A program made the translations under genes and the position numbers. Positions 23,729 to 25,733 of a stretch of 25,733 bases of DNA are shown here, one piece after another. Below the pieces are notes generated by a model. It saw nothing but the letters and a program-made list of their open reading frames with translations. It was not told the origin of the DNA and did not search any database. This stretch comes from a virus (Duplodnaviria; Caudoviricetes). Position 1 is the stretch's first letter, and the number at the start of each line of letters is the position of its first letter. The stretch is taken from IMG/VR virus record IMGVR_UViG_3300042815_000289, positions 1 to 25,733 of that record. One strand, given 5' to 3'.

Positions 23729-23832
23729 GCATTCTATACGCATTTATTACGCATTCAAGTATAAGTTAAAAAGCTAATGCCCAAAAGAAATGTGTTGCTA
23801 ATACGCCGTCTGTGCGTATGCAAGGCGTATGC
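23729..23832. promoter_or_regulatory. Operator-like TACGC/GCGTA repeats
   Basis: TACGCATT at 23737 and 23748 (GCATT also at 23729; 11-bp period); ATACGC-7-GCGTAT at 23801-23819; GCGTATGC at 23814 and 23825. Confidence 0.65.
23731..23758 (-). promoter_or_regulatory. Sigma70-type promoter for the leftward RHH gene, leaderless geometry
   Basis: On the - strand: TTGAAT-16 nt-TAGAAT-7 nt-ATG; no SD. Confidence 0.6.
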
Positions 23833-23990
23833 CTCGTCGTCCACTCAACGGTTTAAAAGCGGAAAAGACCAACATCGTTCTGCCTGTTGCTGTGAAAAAA
23901 GCGTCTCAAAAACTGGCCGCTCTCCGTCGTATTTCGCTTTCCCAACTCATCACACAACTGCTCGCAAGGGCATCGGGAGAGCAAAGCTAG
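23829..23990 (+). CDS. Ribbon-helix-helix DNA-binding protein, candidate Cro analogue (not in ORF track)
   Basis: 53 aa MPRRPLNGLKAEKTNIVLPVAVKKASQKLAALRRISLSQLITQLLARASGEQS; aligns without gaps to the leftward RHH. Confidence 0.78.
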   Translation: MPRRPLNGLKAEKTNIVLPVAVKKASQKLAALRRISLSQLITQLLARASGEQS

Positions 23991-23997
23991 ATACGCC

Positions 23998-24363
23998 ATG
24001 AGCTTGGGGCGCCTCAACGATATTGCCATAAAACTCCGCCAGGAGAACCAAGCTCTTTCCCTTCGCCAACTAGGCGCTGCTTACGGGTTCGGTTACGTGC
24101 GGATTAAGCAAATGCAGGCACTGCCTGGATTCCCGCTGATTGCCGGGAAGGTAATTCCGAGTGACTTTGATCGGTGGAGGCTGATGCAGACTGCCCCAAA
24201 TTCACTGCATCGCGGAGATCGTCCACACAGTGCCGTTGGTAAAGCTCGTGAACTAACGTCGAGGAGTGATTCACGAGTCGCATGGCAACGGATTGCGAGC
24301 AACCTGAAAGCCGAAGCCTGGTTACACGAGTTACACGCAGGGAGTGGAAGCAGTGACGTTTAA
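23998..24363 (+). CDS. Putative excisionase / AlpA-like DNA-binding protein
   Basis: First 65 aa LSLRQLGAAYG..YVRIKQM...GFP...GKV..SDFDRW resembles Xis/AlpA folds; adjacent to the integrase; the rest overlaps int antisense. Confidence 0.55.
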   Translation: MSLGRLNDIAIKLRQENQALSLRQLGAAYGFGYVRIKQMQALPGFPLIAGKVIPSDFDRWRLMQTAPNSLHRGDRPHSAVGKARELTSRSDSRVAWQRIASNLKAEAWLHELHAGSGSSDV

Positions 24364-25201
24364 GACCGCATATATCGAGCAAGCGACGCCAGCAAAGCGA
24401 GGCTCGCGTGCGGGGCACTTCGCAAGTGATCTCGCGACCCTCGGCCTTCATCTTGGCCAGCATAGGTTCGATGGCGGCCGGGATGGGAATGGAGAACGAT
24501 TTGCCAGTGCCACCCTTGGGGCAGGGGAAGGTAAGGATGCGATTCTTGAGATCTACGCAGTCGAGCGGGATCTGCGTCTCGCGGAGGCGACAGCCCGTAG
24601 CCAGAGCGATCTCAAAACTGACTCGCATCCATTCGGGTACGCCTTCCACGGCCAAGGCTTTCCGGGTGATTTTAATCTCATTATCCGAAAAGACGGGTTT
24701 AACTCGGGAGATCGGCCCCCTCTTAATTCGGTAATCCAGAAGGGCGACAGAATCCATCTTTCCCAGAAGTCTGCCCTGCCTGTGAATCCATTTAAGAATC
24801 TTCAGATCTTGGCAGGCTTGGTTCCTGCCTGCTTTGCCGCCGGACGTGCGGGGAAGGCTCTGGCGCCATCGCAAATAAATTTCACAATCGGATGCAGAAA
24901 ACGCTTGCAGAGTTATTTTTTTCTCACTAATAAATCTCGCCAGATGACGCCACGAATTTTTGTAATAAACTTTTGTCAGAGGGCAAACGGGGTGATTTTC
25001 AATCAAATCATCAACCCAGTCGCTGCCGCAATCTTTTCGCTTTTCATTAACTCCAAGTCGAGCGGCCTCGGCCGTTGCCTTCGCGCGATGAAGGGTATTG
25101 TCGATTCGGTATCGCGTGCTTTTCGTGCGCCACTTGCCGGACGGATCTTTAAAACGAATATAGAACCACGGATTGCCTTTCTTAATGTAGGAATAGGCCA
25201 T
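24104..25201 (-). CDS. int: Tyrosine recombinase / phage integrase
   Basis: Catalytic set TGCRLRE, KGG, HSLR, NHS and ELY; N-terminal arm-binding-like WFYIRFKDPSGKWRTKST. ATG 25201 preferred over 25258. Confidence 0.92.
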   Translation of the reverse strand: MAYSYIKKGNPWFYIRFKDPSGKWRTKSTRYRIDNTLHRAKATAEAARLGVNEKRKDCGSDWVDDLIENHPVCPLTKVYYKNSWRHLARFISEKKITLQAFSASDCEIYLRWRQSLPRTSGGKAGRNQACQDLKILKWIHRQGRLLGKMDSVALLDYRIKRGPISRVKPVFSDNEIKITRKALAVEGVPEWMRVSFEIALATGCRLRETQIPLDCVDLKNRILTFPCPKGGTGKSFSIPIPAAIEPMLAKMKAEGREITCEVPRTRASLCWRRLLDICGLKRHCFHSLRVTRVTRLRLSGCSQSVAMRLVNHSSTLVHELYQRHCVDDLRDAVNLGQSASASTDQSHSELPSRQSAGIQAVPAFA

Positions 25202-25290
25202 AGTTACAAGGGTAACATTTGGGCAGTTTAACGCAATAACATACAATGAACGTGCCAAGCATAATCAATCAAATCAAAGAAGGAGATAGA

Positions 25291-25318
25291 ACCGTGGGTT
25301 CAAATCCCACCCCGTCCG
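25291..25318 (+). mobile_element. Putative attP core: 3' part of a tRNA (Ser-like)
   Basis: ACC GTGGG TTCAAAT CCCAC CCCGTCC G gives a T-stem/loop, acceptor 3' strand and G discriminator; no 5' half; 90 nt upstream of int. Confidence 0.8.
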
Positions 25319-25509
25319 ATGCTTATCGTTACAACGACTTATGCCGAAATAGTAACACGGCGGTAATTACTGAGCCAAAAAAGGCTCACTACCAGCAACT
25401 TAATTTAAATTCTCGCGGCGGGTACGACTTGACCCCCGAGGCGTTCATTTATCACCCAAACCCCGCCGTGTTTCGCATGTGGGCACAGCAGCACGAGGCC
25501 AGCAAATGA
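25294..25509 (+). CDS. Hypothetical protein overlapping attP (start GTG 25294 or ATG 25246)
   Basis: AAGGAG 8 nt before in-frame GTG 25294; ATGA coupling to the next ORF. Confidence 0.45.
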   Translation: MGSNPTPSDAYRYNDLCRNSNTAVITEPKKAHYQQLNLNSRGGYDLTPEAFIYHPNPAVFRMWAQQHEASK

Positions 25510-25667
25510 TTTCGTGGGAAGTAATGCGCGATCTTGCCCAGGTATCCATGCTGATCACCGGCTGGGCTTTGTTCGTAGGCTCTGGAATCGCCGGGCTAAC
25601 CGTAGCCGTCCTCGTCTTTGGCTGGGTAGTCGATCAAGTGCGTCGATTTTTTTGGGAGGGCAGATGA
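25506..25667 (+). CDS. Small membrane protein
   Basis: 53 aa from the ATGA overlap; hydrophobic LITGWALFVGSGIAGLTVAVLVFGWVV. Confidence 0.55.
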   Translation: MISWEVMRDLAQVSMLITGWALFVGSGIAGLTVAVLVFGWVVDQVRRFFWEGR

Positions 25668-25733
25668 TTTACGCCAAGGACAACGGTGCCCCCGCACCTG
25701 AAAACCAAGGCGGCGTGGCCGGGGCGTTCTATC
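25664..25733 (+). CDS. 5' end of a hypothetical gene; partial
   Basis: ATGA overlap; open to the window end (MIYAKDNGAPAPENQGGVAGAFY). Confidence 0.45.
   Translation, partial: MIYAKDNGAPAPENQGGVAGAFY

Noticed and set aside
23777-24001. 74-aa + strand ORF in the track
   Set aside because: It overlaps the RHH gene 23829-23990 in another frame and runs through the operator region; no recognisable features.
25240-25321. Complete tRNA gene
   Set aside because: Only the T-arm and acceptor 3' strand are present; upstream sequence cannot form D or anticodon arms.

Overview
This window is a continuous piece of a temperate tailed-phage genome (siphovirus-like gene order). Bases 1-23583 are a + strand late operon: portal, protease/scaffold, major capsid, an inserted two-glycosyltransferase plus methyltransferase cassette, head-tail and tail genes, a short tape measure, several tail or adhesin proteins including a six-repeat NHL protein, a lysis cassette (holin-like, overlapping spanin-like pair, M15 endolysin) and a metallophosphoesterase. 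Bases 23580-25733 hold the lysogeny region. It contains two small divergent ribbon-helix-helix genes missing from the ORF track, with repeated operator-like sites between them, an excisionase-like gene, a tyrosine integrase on the - strand and a tRNA-Ser-like 3' fragment (putative attP) lying inside the first ORF of a rightward operon. The spanin-like genes suggest a diderm host. A PVC/Verrucomicrobiota host is only a guess from protein style. The most notable signals are the twin-RHH switch, the attP that overlaps a start codon, a TTGACA motif 13-19 nt upstream of late start codons, and the probable virion-glycosylation cassette. All calls come from reading motifs and synteny by eye; no searches were run.
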